Shown here piece by piece: positions 52,101 to 64,000 of a stretch of DNA of 64,000 bases. The notes under the pieces were generated by a model. That model did not search any database. It was not told where the DNA came from and saw only the letters and a list, made by a program, of their open reading frames with translations. How positions within the stretch are numbered: the stretch's first letter is position 1; every line of letters begins with the position of its first letter. The stretch is from Ascidiella aspersa. Lineage: Eukaryota. The stretch lies in assembly GCA_963924565.1 (NCBI GenBank), contig OZ004610.1, positions 14,446,001-14,510,000 of the forward strand, written 5' to 3'. The translations under genes were made by a program, and so were the position numbers.

Positions 52101-55100
52101 TGCTCCAGCCGCCCATTGGACAAAACTAAACGCCCTTGTTGCTGCGGTTTTAACAGTAAGTATTTCTCACTTAATCGAGAAACGGTTGTTTTTCTAGGTA
52201 ACGGGATTAAATGTTTCGGCATCAGGAAACTTACGCCGACATCGTGCTACTAACCAGACAATGGAATAGTTTGATTGAGGTTTGCCAGTGCTCCGCAACC
52301 GGTGTGCCGTGGCACACTGATGTGCCGCGAGACCATGCCAGGTGTGCCGCGACGTTCCTGGAGGTGTGTTACTTGCGTTTTTAAGTGAACTTATTAATCA
52401 GTAGAATTAACGCAAAAACTGGATATCGCATCATGGCAATTATTTTAAACTTATGCTAAAATCCAGGTGTAATATTATGGCCTTTCCATAGTCGTTTAAA
52501 CAGTTTTTAAAACCTATGTTACCTTCTTTTACCGGAAATTAAGTATTAAAATAGGTTTTTTGACTCACTCAACTTCCAGGAACTACACCAGGAGTACAGA
52601 CTTACGATAAATATTTTCAAACATTACGCGAAAGTGTAAAAGGGAGATTAACCATGCGCTCGAAACCTATGAAACATCATTGTAAATACATTATTGGCAG
52701 TATGTGACTGTAAAATTAATAATTAGTTTTGGCAGCGGTTTCGAAAAATAAATTAAGCAACAAAATACAAAGCACCAAGGTCAGGTTTCATTTTTCGAAT
52801 GCTATTAAAAGCCCTCTGCTCTGATCAGGTATTGCAAGGGGGTACAATTTTCAGAACTTTGACTGGGCTAGAAATTTTAGGAAGTCTGCAAAACCGCAAA
52901 ATAAGAAATGAAAGGAATGTAATACATAAAATTTTCGGCGCCTTCAGCGCGTTTCATCATAGATCAAGTCATGCCTATTTAGATTGACTGCATACGACAT
53001 TTCGTGATATTGTCATTTGTCAATCGACATACAGTTCGTAGGTGCGCCGCCAAATTGTTTTAACTCTGTTGGTGTGCCGCAAGTGAAAAAAGGTTGCGGA
53101 GCACTGGTTAAGGCGAAGGTTTAATGGTCTTTTGACAGAGTTTTTCCGAAAATTACTCCGAGAATCAACAAAATAAAAATCGAAAATGGAAACTGGCATA
53201 AAGCATAAGCCACGTAAACCCGGAACACTCACGTCCGTAGGGCTTGGGACTGGTGATGGCCAGGTGGGACACCGGCAGTATCTCGAGCTTCACTTGGTCA
53301 GAAGAGGTCTGCAGCATGTCGGACGCCTCGCGCACACTCACAGACCCGTTGCCCATGGAAACGTTGTCGATGGAAAGGATCTGGTCGCCAATGTGCAGAG
53401 CTCCGCATCTACGCGCATTGAGAAGGAATGAAGTCAATGCGGCAAAGTACTCGCATTCTTTTGTAATGACCTTATTTCAATGCACTTGTCTGGGATATTT
53501 TAATCACTTAATTGACTGTGGAGCTTTTATAACATTCTTCAAATTGCTTCGATGACACCATTACTTCTTGTACCCTAAGGTCAGCAAGTTTAGATATATG
53601 ATATATTTCACGACAATAACTCAACGTAACCGTATATTTAGATTAAATTAAAATACAAAAATGCCTTGATTTGTTTTTAACTAAAAACTTTAAATAGGAT
53701 CTACTAGATGGCGAGTTGCAGATTTAATTTAAAGAGCAAATATTTCAAAATACCGGGCAATTTCTCATCATCAACTTGGTGTGTGCTTACCAGTAGTTTA
53801 GGGCCAGCCACTGAATAGTCAAAAAATGCCTGTCAATTACGTCTAGTTATTGGCAAACATTGCGCGGTCAGATTACGGTAACTGGACGCCGCGCACCGCT
53901 GGCCAAGTTTACGACTGGATTGTCCAGTGTTTGAAATTGCGAGATTTAACAACGATCTAGTTACCGAAAAATGTTTCTTGCACTCGCGCGAGTGTTGACG
54001 AAACGGCCTGAATGTATATAACCCGGCACCGCGTACAATACAAACTTTTTACTTTCCCAGTCAAGACGGGGAGCCGCGACTAATCCCGTGATCAAATAAA
54101 GCAATTCGTCTTCATACTTCACCCTAGCATAGGTCCGACATCGACAAAAGGACAACGTCTGATGCTAATCGCTCAACGTCGACCGCGACAAGGCAGCTTA
54201 TCAACGAGGCAAAGATTACGAAGAACCACAACCCATTACCCGAAAGCGTTAAACATGACTGGGGCAGTTTATTTTTACGGTTACTAAGAAAAAAATGAAC
54301 AAAACAATGATTTTGAAGGTTTTTCTGTATTTGGAGTAATTTGTCAAAGAATAGAGGTGCGATTGCAGCAGAACAAAGTATATTTCACACATTTTTGTTC
54401 GAACTCATTTTTGGTCATTTTACGGTGCGTTTACGGTATAAAATTGCGATTTAATGAGCACGATTTGTATACTTTCAAAACCGCAAAACCATTAACCTTT
54501 ACGCCAGATTTCGATTTGCCTAAAATTTGTTATTTGTACCGACAATATCAGTCGAATTCGACCGCAGCCCACCCTGGAGCTCCTCCTAAATGTACACGTG
54601 TTGTCTATACTTGTGCCAATAGCAAAATAAAGTTCCATTCACCTGTCCGAAATGCTGGCGGGCTTGACGCGCTCGATACAGATCACTGGTTTCTTGCGGT
54701 GGGTCGACTTGGTTAGGGTAATCCCCAGCTCGGCGCCGGGCGTCTTGGAAACTTCGACCAGCAGAGGGCCAGTGGCGTTGGCGACCGCGTCTGTTTCGCA
54801 ACAAAACACCAATATTAAACTTCATTCATCAAATTAGGCCAGGGGTTCTTAAACTGGGGTCCATGAACCCCTTGGGGGTCGGTCCGTGAACTAGTTTAAG
54901 GTTTAATTGAAATATTAGTGTATTATTTAAGGAGTAATCAATTTTTCGTATTTTGACTCTACTTCATTTTCACATTTTTTGAACCATAATCACCATATTC
55001 CTAAAGTCCATTTGTATTGTGACGTCAATTTATGACGTCCCTTTTGAAATTTTTTTGCCTAACGTGCTTCACGCGAAATAAAAAATTTAGGGGTTCGCGG

Positions 55101-58100
55101 TAAAAAAAATTGAAGAATCCCAGAGTTGGGCGCATATTAGAAACATATATTATAGAAAAATACACTTCGAAAATAAATGACGATATCAGTTGTTCTGGAT
55201 TTACAAAAAAAGCGAAACCACAACGCCAATAATGAGTGTGAGTAATTGCTTTGGCGCCGGCAGTTAGTACGGAAACCGTTGTGCAAAAAGGCCGAGTCAC
55301 GCAATTATCGAATGAAAAAAATTCCTTCAACTTCCAGGCGGCAATTTAAAGCTTCGTCCAAATCAAGTTAAGCGGTAAAAATAATCGGTTTAAATCTGAC
55401 ATGGTGCAATTAACGCTACGGCCACATTTGTAGATGTGAAATTTCTCCTGAATAAAGACTTAGTGATATGACGTAACTACTCGCAGATAATGACGTCAGT
55501 TGTCAACGATAGACTTCATAAAATGAACAGTTTGTACGTCTTAAATATAAAATTTTTAAGTAAAAATCGATTTCAAGAGGTAAATGCACTAGTACAGGCC
55601 ACAGGGCCTTCTTAAAAACAAAAAAACTTTGTAACTTTAAAAAAAACAACTAACTTTTGACGTACGCCGATGGAAGCGACAACACTAAAAGTACATCTCT
55701 AAACATTCTACAAAATATATAGAGTTATTTTAAAATAACAATTCAAATCGCCTAGCCCAGAAAAGTTCTTTCGATATTTTTTAAGAGTTTATTAGGCTTT
55801 TATGTTTAAGGGTTTGTTCAGTTGGGCGCCTATCCTTAAAGTGCGATTGTCCGTTTCCAAGTGTCATTTCAGAAAAAAATCAAAAAAAAAAATAAAACTC
55901 ACCCATGACCGACACGTCGTACTCGATGGTGAAGTTAACGTCGTCGCCCAACGAGCGGATTGCCACCAGAGCTTCGTCCAGCATCAAGTGCTGTAGCTTG
56001 ATGCCGCCCGCCGATAAGATGCGATCGCCAGTCTTCAGGCTGCCTTCCCTGCGCGTGCATATGTGTAAACAAAGGCCTTTCGAGACGCTAATAACGGCCT
56101 TCGGGGTCCTTCGAATTAGATTAGGTTAATCCGCTGCGATTCGGTTGCTAACGACCGGACTTGCGTTTGAGTCTGGAATTTTATCGGCGCGGCGTGGCTT
56201 AAGGATACACCACCGCTGACAGGAAAGATGACAGGGGTGTTTTGTGCGCGGTTCGTTAAGCACGATTGTAAACATGCAAAGACATTACCGACGCTTTCTA
56301 TGTGTGTTTTTAGAATAAAGTCGACAAAACATTTTGAGTATATCTGTGCTTTAAATTCTGCAAATCTCACAATTCATCAAGTTAAGTGGGCTGGCCTTTA
56401 TCCAAACCTGTCGCCTCTTAAGATGTCCTTTTTTCAATGTCGGTCGTCTTTCTATTTTGTTGCGAAAGAGTAATAAAAAAGGCAAGATGATAGGCTTGAA
56501 TGTACACCACGAATAACACACAGGGACGCGAAAATGCGCACCAACAAAAGCATTTTGTTGTTGGAAACGGTTGAGGAGAAAGAACGGTAAACTTTGTTCC
56601 ACGATAACATTTAATCTCCATCAAACCACATAATGCGCACTTAACTTACGCCGATGGCTGTAGGTCACTATAGTGTTCCGTAGGAGAACGTCAGGTGTTC
56701 CACAACAAATTTATTCTTTTGACTAATGTCCCATGTAATGCCGATCGAAATCCATTGGTGTGTTATGGCCATCACCAGTTTAAATGTTCGTGAGTTGCTT
56801 CATTTATTGATATGTAATAACAAAACTCAGTAATCGAAACGTTTTTTTGAAGATGATGTCGATTTACTTTAGGCTTTAACATTTATTTCAAGCTACATCA
56901 CAGATCTGTACATTTAGTGTACCTAAGACTTAAAAAGGTTAAAAAAATGAGAAAAAACTGTTGTTGTGAAGTTTAACGAAATGTATTATACTAAACTTTC
57001 GTTTGGTGTTCGGCAAAATTATTTATAAGTTTATCACGGCCTAAAAAAGCTTGAAAAACACTGCTATAGGAGACCATACAACCGCAACATTTGGGATTCA
57101 TGTATAAAGCAATTTTGGATAGTTTTACGAATTCTGATGGGCTTACGGAAGCTAATTTTGTGGAGCAAGAAAAGTCACATAGAAAGGCATAAATGTTTAC
57201 TATTCTTAACAAACCGATTTTTTATTTTACCCAGCGGGGTATAAACAATGAAAGCAAGACCTAGCACAGTAAACGCCAGACTTAACCCTTTAAGCATTTA
57301 AATCTGTAGTACGAATAAAATTCGCCTAGTGAACTTTACGTCTAAATCCGTCTTTCGGGAGAAAGTTACTGTGTTTGCCGAGCCCAGTCAGTCATGGATT
57401 GTCCATGAGACGTATAGTACATCAAAACTTGGCGGTACAGCGAAATAGCACACAAAGGAGCAAAATTAAAAAAAACCTGCCAACAGGCTGTATAAAATAC
57501 TTCTAAAGCTTGACAGCCTTCGGCTAATTGCCAATTTACGGCGGATCCGCTGCAAAGCGCGCATGTAACGTGTGTCGGGCCCCAAGGGACAATAGGAAGG
57601 GTGACCTTCGAAAGTGCGAGAGAGCGGATCAATATGGGGTTTGCTTCCGTCAGCAACGCGACGGTGATCGCAACTGACGCAAAACGTTTTACCGGTTTCA
57701 ACTGATGGAATCGACTAATTTACCACACAACAAGCACAAGTGATGTGACAACCTAACTTTAACATGTAAAGTTTTGCGTCACATGTTGTATGCTATCGGA
57801 AGCATTTCCAAGTTACATTTGTTTTAAATAATATTACTTTATCGACCTGCGGATTAATGGCGCATAGTTTAAAAAAAGTAAAGACACAAATAAAATTGTC
57901 GAGGTTATGGCTATGTGTGCTCCTATTTAGATGGAAGGCCGATCGCCAGTTTAGTTGTTCTTTACTTAAACCTCGCTAATTCCCCATCAACAGAGTTTAA
58001 TAGTGGTTAATTACGGAATGTTTTACTCCCTTGGCTATAGTGGTCTAGCAACAGTTAAAAACGACAAAATCCGACGATCCCATAAAAACAACCGATGTAC

Positions 58101-61100
58101 AACGCATTTTTCTAAACTTAATCTATTAAAACAAGATACACACCAGGGCCGCTGTATCATTTTGAGTTACCTGTCGGCCGGCGAGTCCGCTCGAATGTGC
58201 GTGACTACCAGGGGGCGTGATTTGACGTGCTTGTCGTTGCCCCCGCCTCTCAACACGAAGCCGAACCCATCGCCCGCGCCGCTTCTGTCGCCGGCGCCGC
58301 CGCCGATCACCACGCCCCTTCGTAACTGGATGTCGGTGGTTTTCTGCACGATATGCGCAGTCTGCACAGCTGCGACAACAAAGAGCCTAGGTAATGGCTG
58401 CTATGTGAGATGGAACGTGGATTAAATGTTAGACGATAGTGCACATACAATTTACGTATTGCTTGCGACAGAGACGGGAGAAAATTTGCTCGAGGTCACG
58501 CTGTTTAAATTCTTGTGAAAACACGCACCGGTAAGGAGACCGTTTACTGAGGTATACAAATAACACACTGATAGAGAGCTGTAACAACAAAAAATCAGAT
58601 TCGATTTGTTTGAAGGAGCATGGGTAATGATGTCTGAACTTCCTTTAAACAGGTATAGCTTCTTTTTTTAATTGAAGGCGAACAGCCAATTTTAAATTGC
58701 CTCGAAATCCGGCTTGCGCGCAAAACGCTTACTGTTAACAACGGCAGACAATGAGTCAGTCAATCCGACCGGCAGCGATTTGCTTCATAAACAAACAAGA
58801 GGTTAGTTTGCAGGTAAGACCAACGACGAACCGGACGTCTCTGCAACATGGACTAAACAAGACCGGCTTGCAGGGACAGAGCGACTAATTTAATTTAAAC
58901 TCACTATTACTGCCACATGTTTTTTGCCCATCAGAGTATAAGCTTGCTGTAACTAGTAACGTTCAAAATGGAATCGGAAACATATCCCTGATTTTAAGTG
59001 GTAGTATCGGTACGTGTCCGATAAAGGGTATCGGTGTTGATCAGATACTAAATTAATTTGTCTATTTCATTAATGGTTTGCGACCGAACAGATATTTTTT
59101 AAATTTCTCTCAATCAAACAACAACCGTTTTATACAGATAGATGTCGTTTCGCTATCGGACGTACTTTTTTCAAAAATACCGGGTATTAGTATTGCTACG
59201 AAATGCATGAAATGTTGACAAATCCTACTTTTTGTTACTGCGTTTATAAATACAGAAATATAAATGCACTGAATATTTCTGTAGCTATAGCGTGCCTATA
59301 CTTAGTGGCTGGCGTGATGGTCATCGACAAGCGACTACGGTTTCCAGCCTTTGCCCTATAGACATGACCGCCGGTCGGAGATCGTGTGACGCCCCAATAC
59401 AAACACAACAAAAGCCGCATACCGCAGCTCGCGTGCCTGGACGCCGCACTCGAGCTCGTTTAACTACAAACCCTAAAAACAGAGCTGGAATGTTATGAGA
59501 AAACGGCAAACTGTGTTAGACTAGGCACCAGGTGATGCACCGAGCAAAGATTCTTCCCCGCATATTCCACTTTACTTTTTTTATTGGAGCTTACAGTAAT
59601 AGCTGCACTTTCGATACATGCGGAACTTTAACAGACTGTTTCGAGAAGTTGTGCTTTTGACAGCTTATATACATAAAGATTTTAGCTTTAGAGCAACGTA
59701 AGTTAGTTATCGAAACGATTACAAGATCAATATAAGCAAACGACATTTTAAAACATGTTGGATTTATCTACACCGCCGGTCGACCCCTTACCATTTTTGT
59801 TTTCCGGCAGTTGCTGGTAACTAAAAATGACATAACTATAGGCGGTAAATTAACGTTAAAGTGTAACAGAAATTTAGATCGATAATGACAAAACATTGGC
59901 AGACTCCGAAAGAGAAAGAAATTCATTTCAAATAATCATATTAGTCTCAGGGAAGTGCATTATTATCGCCGCTACCAAGAGTGGCCCGTATAAACTGCGT
60001 GACCTCGCATTCGGCGCTATAATAATGCAACACACGTTTCCCATCAAACTGTCCAACGTACTTGTGGGCGGCAGGTGGTATTCTATTTCGATGGTCACTC
60101 GCTCTCCGATGTTCTTCATCAGACTGATGATTTCGCCGTGCTTGAGCTTGGAGGTTCGAATCCCGTTCACCGCCGTGATAAAGTCGCCCACTTGAAGCAG
60201 GTCGCTTCTACTCAGGCGACAAGAATTTTACTTTTTGATAAGTGTTAGGCATGGTTTTGACGCCACAAACAAAACTGTGCGCACCGAATTCCATAAGGCG
60301 AATTTCAATATTCACTACATGATAAATATATTTTTAATTCAGTTTAAAATGCCTAAGGGTAAAACGATCGCAAATCCTAATCGATCGACATTTTACCGCT
60401 ATAGTTGAAAAAAAAACTTCATTCAAGATAGCAATTTTGACCCAATCGACTTTTTCATAAACCCAATATTCGTAATATCACAACGAGCCCCGGGAATACG
60501 ACAAAAATGTGTGTGGCTTAGCTCACGTTGCGCCTGAATTATTAAAACGTCTGAGGCAATATTGGTCGGGTTAATATCGATTGCCAATGATATTATGGCA
60601 TTATGGCGGGCTGGCGTATGGGCGATGTTGCGTAACTTCGTTATCGTAACCCAGGGATTGCACAGTATTCCTTTTGGAGTTGAATGAATTCGTTTTGAGA
60701 ACGGTATTTTGTTTGCTCAAATAAAACCGATGAAAAATAAAACACGTATTTACAACTATAACCGGTTAAGGAAAGACAAATGTACAACAAAACTGATCTG
60801 AGTACAATATTAGTTATTATTTGACAAAAGTCAAAATGAGAAACTGAAAAATAAGGAGTGTCGAAACTTAAAAACTAGTAAGAATTCCACATATTTTAAA
60901 GTGCACATTTATACAAATACCCTACCATATCCTATACAATTATAGGTAATATTTATTTATTGCAAACTTTACACGTAACGGGCAATTAAAACATTCAAAT
61001 ACCAAGCCTTTTTTAAGGTAGTTGTAAGACGCAACATGGTACTTTCCAAGTAAGTTTTCGGCTTTGTCAGAATAATATACTTACTTCGCGGCCATCCCGG

Positions 61101-61220
61101 AACCGCGCAGGTTTGACACGCGGGGGCGCCCTTCCTTGTCGGAGCCCCCGGAAACTGTGACCCCCAGTCCACATCCGTCCGTCTTGGCCAAGTTCACAAC
61201 GCATGTGCCCCTCTCATCCT
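28169..61220 (-). CDS. GRIP: Glutamate receptor-interacting protein (GRIP1/2-like, seven PDZ domains); 5'-most exon unresolved
   Basis: Exons in transcript order: 61220-61085, 60207-60062, 58369-58171, 56048-55903, 54790-54643, 53408-53233, 51064-50897, 40475-40398, 39771-39558, 38698-38584, 38072-37961, 37218-37012, 36419-36275, 35073-34794, 32113-31882, 31221-31032, 30722-30633, 30457-30370, 30033-29860, 29375-29229, 28360-28169. GRIP-specific motifs: [147 protein letters not shown]. Confidence 0.95.
28467..28623. repeat. Perfect inverted repeat (56-bp arms, 45-nt spacer)
   Basis: 28467-28522 (GTAAAACTCATAG...GTTTAGAAG) is the exact reverse complement of 28568-28623. Confidence 0.95.
28648..28962. 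mobile_element. hAT-type MITE (CAGGGG termini)
   Basis: Ends CAGGGGTTTTTAGAC / GTTTAGGAACCCCTG with GGACCCC subterminal motifs. An inverted relative lies at 54840-55123. Confidence 0.7.
29694..29811. repeat. 12-bp simple tandem repeat (CTATACAGTATA)n
   Basis: About 9-10 slightly degenerate copies. Confidence 0.9.
32755..34538. repeat. 345-bp tandem array, five full units plus a 58-bp partial unit
   Basis: Units start at 32755, 33100, 33445, 33791, 34136 and 34481 (CGAATTAAACCCTTACTCCCC...). Only a few single-base differences are visible. Confidence 0.97.
35305..35779. mobile_element. hAT-type MITE
   Basis: TIRs CAGTACTCCTCAACC / GGTTGAATAGCGCACTG; TSD CGTTAAAG / CGTTAGAG (7/8); GTATAC(CC) subterminal repeats. 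Confidence 0.65.
42314..43051 (+). CDS. EPCIP: Secreted Cys-rich glycoprotein, EPCIP/C21orf62-like paralog A (245 aa), nested antisense in a GRIP intron
   Basis: Hydrophobic signal peptide, then NCTC..DC...[35 protein letters not shown] and C-terminal FMWTPIY. These parallel recalled human C21orf62 motifs (NCSC..DC..CNC, LLNFTLVQDLKLSLC, YLAICGLKRL, ALKSYS, YVVTFIY). GC-rich codon usage, an upstream acceptor ending 42247, and AATAAA at 43201. Confidence 0.75.
   Translation: MPLLRPLAAFLITALIGIRLPTSQSAQTSLFLAYNASDGSLTGVDNCTCSFLDLDCTVLPFCTCVSQTLAELTAATEAASTANAVSWWNTRQVLVCCENATNTELTRSTVAQLVDFSYTQDLSFRECHQLLPSDQREVYTVYGLRELSARTADNVAFPSKAFDLEDPDGDLTDDSRLYRDHHLAVVSRNIVDGERDLKAVSFIHEQNDEALPSLVQTAIERSPSSIRSKSDGTFMWTPIYSDLIV
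43845..44105. mobile_element. Second copy of the GAATAAGACCTAAA / CCTAACC repeat family
   Basis: Homologous to 1829-2050, with a short inverted remnant at about 44085-44102. Confidence 0.55.
44877..45629 (+). CDS. EPCIP: Secreted EPCIP/C21orf62-like paralog B (250 aa from ATG 44877)
   Basis: Same Cys pattern and motifs as paralog A ([35 protein letters not shown]). The last ~83 aa differ from A at only 4 positions. Splice acceptor ends at 44853. Confidence 0.75.
   Translation: MSVVKPCNVVAAAIMIAALRLHDSALVAEGAQTSLFFAWNDNRSVMGVRNCTCGELDLHCAFVPGFCTCVNITLDEVATVAERARSNGTVSWWNDREVVICCEGAQTTNVLEQVLVQLVDFSFCEELKFYECHNLTPSDEQAAYAVYGLRELSARTVTNVEHPKKAFDLEDPDGDLTDDSRLYRDHHVAVVSRNIVDGERDLKAISFIHEQSDEALPSLVQAAIERSPSSIRSKSDGTFMWTPIYSDPIR
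47558..47870. mobile_element. hAT-type MITE, same family as 11736-12070
   Basis: CAGTGATTCCCAAACTGTGTGCCGCGGCACACTAGTGTG... is co-linear with the 11736 copy along its length. Confidence 0.75.
48871..49620 (+). CDS. EPCIP: Secreted EPCIP/C21orf62-like paralog C (249 aa), more divergent
   Basis: Signal or anchor hydrophobic stretch, RCTC...DC...[58 protein letters not shown]. The acceptor TTTTAACCAG directly precedes the ATG; a candidate upstream donor GTGAGT lies at 48332. Confidence 0.7.
   Translation: MQRAACRFLAATEARSPLRLIALCCLSLVAHSGVVLLSDTPTLGLDRCTCGENFTAEDCNARVDELKVRGCECTRLSEVEVKQAAENASARNATTWEDRTGDTRVCCFGLLNASRLLRNALDFGYVRRLTLDNCGRTIGGGADRVVTLFGLKKLALYEGDRNRSIDFVANDLTDLSATYRRHHVAFVAPRAVQAMRASRGRPWKIWSFVASADCAPHSDVIRTALNRAPRVIRSGPNDTFMATTIYVDN
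52286..53106. mobile_element. hAT-type non-autonomous element
   Basis: Perfect 15-bp TIRs CAGTGCTCCGCAACC / GGTTGCGGAGCACTG and GTGTGCCGC subterminal repeats. No clear TSD. Confidence 0.75.
54840..55123. mobile_element. hAT-type MITE, same family as 28648-28962, inverted
   Basis: CAGGGGTTCTTAAACTGGGGTCCATG... at one end; degenerate TSD AATTAGGC / AGTTGGGC. Confidence 0.6.
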
Positions 61221-64000
61221 CTGTAACGAAATTTGTCAGTTTAAACTGGATTCACCTTGACAATACGTAGAGAAAGTGATAGAAGCAGAGCACTAACTTT
61301 CAATAGGGTATTTGCTTACTGAAAGGTAAAACGTTAGTTCGCTACAAATGGGAAAAGTGTAAAGCGGCCAAATACTTTATGGATTAATATTATTAATTCA
61401 TTTTTTACCCTTCAACAAAACTGTACATCCGTGTGGTAAGAGATTTAGCTCCGTAGTGTTCATTAATACGGCGATTTTGCGTACAATGAACTACTGGTCA
61501 TTTAATTATCTATTTTTAAGTCTCCAATCAAAATCAACCTCGTTTTATAAAACTTTCAATATATTTTTTTTGTTTATACTATAAGCATTTTTTCCAGAAT
61601 TGAAAGCCTTAGAAGCGATTCCAATAATGTTTTATGTCTAAACCACTCGTGATTCGATACCACAAAAAAATGGTCAAAAAAAATTATACTTTTGCTTTTA
61701 TCACCGACCTGGTATCTCTTCGACTCTGGCTGGAACGATCTGAAGTTGGTCATCTGGAACAACGTTTCTTTCTGTATAAAACAAATCAAATTCAAACCTT
61801 TGCAAGTACACCTTAACGTCTGTGACATTTCAAATAAACTAAATGCGGTACTACAACGACACAAGGAGAGAGACACTTAAACAAAACAAAACATCTCAAA
61901 TAGCTTTCAACGGAAGCAGTTGCCACCGATCTCACCCACCGTCAGTCACAACAAAGCCATCTCTATCATCCTGTGAGCTTCCCTGGACTTTCTGCCTTCC
62001 GCTACACAACATCTCGACCGCTGCTACACAGAGAGCCCTGGTACAAGTGAAAGACTGGACTAAAAAGGGCTAAGCCGAAGCCGCAAACTTGTTTTGCCTT
62101 CCTATCGTGCTCCAACGCCGCTCTGAAGGTGCACTCACAAAACAGTGGGCTGCGACACCTGGTACAACAAGTACCCGATGCATTCACACAATGGTGGCAA
62201 TTTCGCTGCCGTAAAAGCGCAACACACCACACCGGCTACCGAGACAACCGCGCTGTTTGCAGAACAAGGAAGCGTCTGTGTTTTGTCGAGCCTATGCGAA
62301 CCGCAGGCGCACACTGCGACTCGGAAATGGCGCAAAGACGACCGGAGCCCAATTTCGATATAAACGCCATATCAGGCTACTTTGCTGATAGCAAATCGAT
62401 CGGAAAGAGGGGGGTGGGTAGTTTGAGATAATTTCGTTCTCGTGTTGTGAAACCTGGGGAAAGGGATTCGATATTTTGGCTGCCTCGCCGAGTTTGGTCG
62501 AAATAGGAGAGCGATATTTCGTTAACGATTTATTCGGTTCGGTGGCATTAATTGTTTAAATCTTGCTTACCAAAGGCAACATGTGTATAGCATCTGCCAG
62601 ATATCACGACATATGTTACACAATCCTAATTTTCAATAAAAAAACGAATACTATAAATACATCCACCTAATTGTAATAATGGTTTATTCAGCTTAACCTA
62701 CGCCTAACAATCGTACAAATACAAAATCAGCTTGTTAGCGAACAAAACGTTTAAAAACGTATCCCTTGTCTTTGCCTCGTCTCTTAATTCAGTATAGTCC
62801 AATACACACTGTTCAAATGAAGGAAAACACTGAACGGCGCTCAACTGTGTGGAAAACTCGCACTCTCCCGCGCCGGCCGCTTATCTAACACAAACAAGCA
62901 TGGGAGTTGTGCGTGCCAGCGATTTGTCATACAAGCTAACGACGCGTCAGGAGCCGGGTCGCCATCGGCGGTTCTTTGATGTCGGCAGAAGACAGAGTTT
63001 TTTCGCACCGTTGCCGGGCCGCGGTCGTTACGGGGCAGCAATTTGGGCTGGGGATAGACTAGCGCTGTTTTGCGGGAGAGACATTATCGACGTAGTGTTG
63101 CAGTGGCACTGCCTTTTTTATATGGTCCGTAATTGTCACTTCGACATAATGTAATATTAAACATTGCGCCTTTTTTACCAGTGGAGGGTTTTTCCTTGTT
63201 TGAACGACTGGAAACCTCATCGATATAAAGTAGCTACACTACATATGACTAAGACGATTACCAATGTTCCAAATCAGTTAATGCGATTTTGCGCGAAACG
63301 ATTTATGACTGGTTCCGATAAGCCAAAGGTGCATATAGGCCGAAATTGTTACACTTGCTCGGTTGGTGACATGAAACTATTAAAGTCAATTTGAAAAAAG
63401 AATGTTAAAAAACCTGCTCTTGCACGTGAATAAAGTTATTAAAATTCATATATGACTAAAGTAGACATATTGCCGGTATTCCATAAACCACGCTGCATAA
63501 TTGGCAGTTGGTTTACACAGACAATTCTCTAAGGTCTGGTGCCTGAATCGAAATAGTTTGACCTATTTTAGCTACTTGGCCACTAAGATGAAGATTTGGC
63601 CAGCAACAACAAAACAAACAGCACTGGGCCATTTTTTACGACAAGAATGAATAAAGTTTTTTGGTACTAACGTGTTTGAAATTCAAATAACAAAGCATGT
63701 GAATATGTCTGTGTGAGAGTCACCGTTTTAGATCTAAAGACTTCTGCTGATCGTTTACTTTAGATTGTCATGTACAATGAAGAAAAAATGGCGGTAAAAC
63801 AATATCGAGACTTCCCACTGTGAGTCAAAATAAATAATAGGAGGATTGAATTTGAACCTAAATTAAATTTAACACCTTTTCTTGTGGGTTTCGATAATCG
63901 GACGAACAATTTATATCTGTCGCCATCTTGGCACCACCAAGTTTTCAGACATAAATAGAAAGAGGAGACGAAGGTATTCTATGGTCAAGTTGTAGTTTTG

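Noticed and set aside
59302-59355. 54-nt candidate GRIP cassette exon
   Set aside because: In the phase required by the flanking exons it contains a TGA stop, and the donor is weak.

Overview
Eukaryotic, intron-rich invertebrate DNA with AT-rich introns. Gene content and style suggest an invertebrate chordate such as a tunicate, but this is inference only. Two large convergent multi-exon genes dominate the window. On the + strand is a RIPOR/FAM65-family gene (24 coding exons, 4162-26365). On the - strand is a seven-PDZ GRIP-family gene (at least 21 exons, 61220-28169; first exon not resolved). Both host antisense nested sequences. The last RIPOR intron holds a decayed intronless FLVCR/SLC49-like MFS transporter, plus a hAT MITE and an atypical tRNA-like element on the + strand. 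A ~10.4 kb GRIP intron holds three single-coding-exon genes for secreted Cys-rich glycoproteins resembling EPCIP/C21orf62. Two of these share a ~94% identical 3' third but have divergent 5' parts, which looks like gene conversion. Other features: a broken LINE reverse transcriptase, many hAT-type MITEs with 8-bp TSDs, a near-perfect 345-bp x5 tandem array, a perfect 56-bp-arm hairpin inside a GC-AG intron, and a sharp CpG-poor/CpG-rich boundary inside RIPOR. All family assignments are from remembered motifs; no database search was run.
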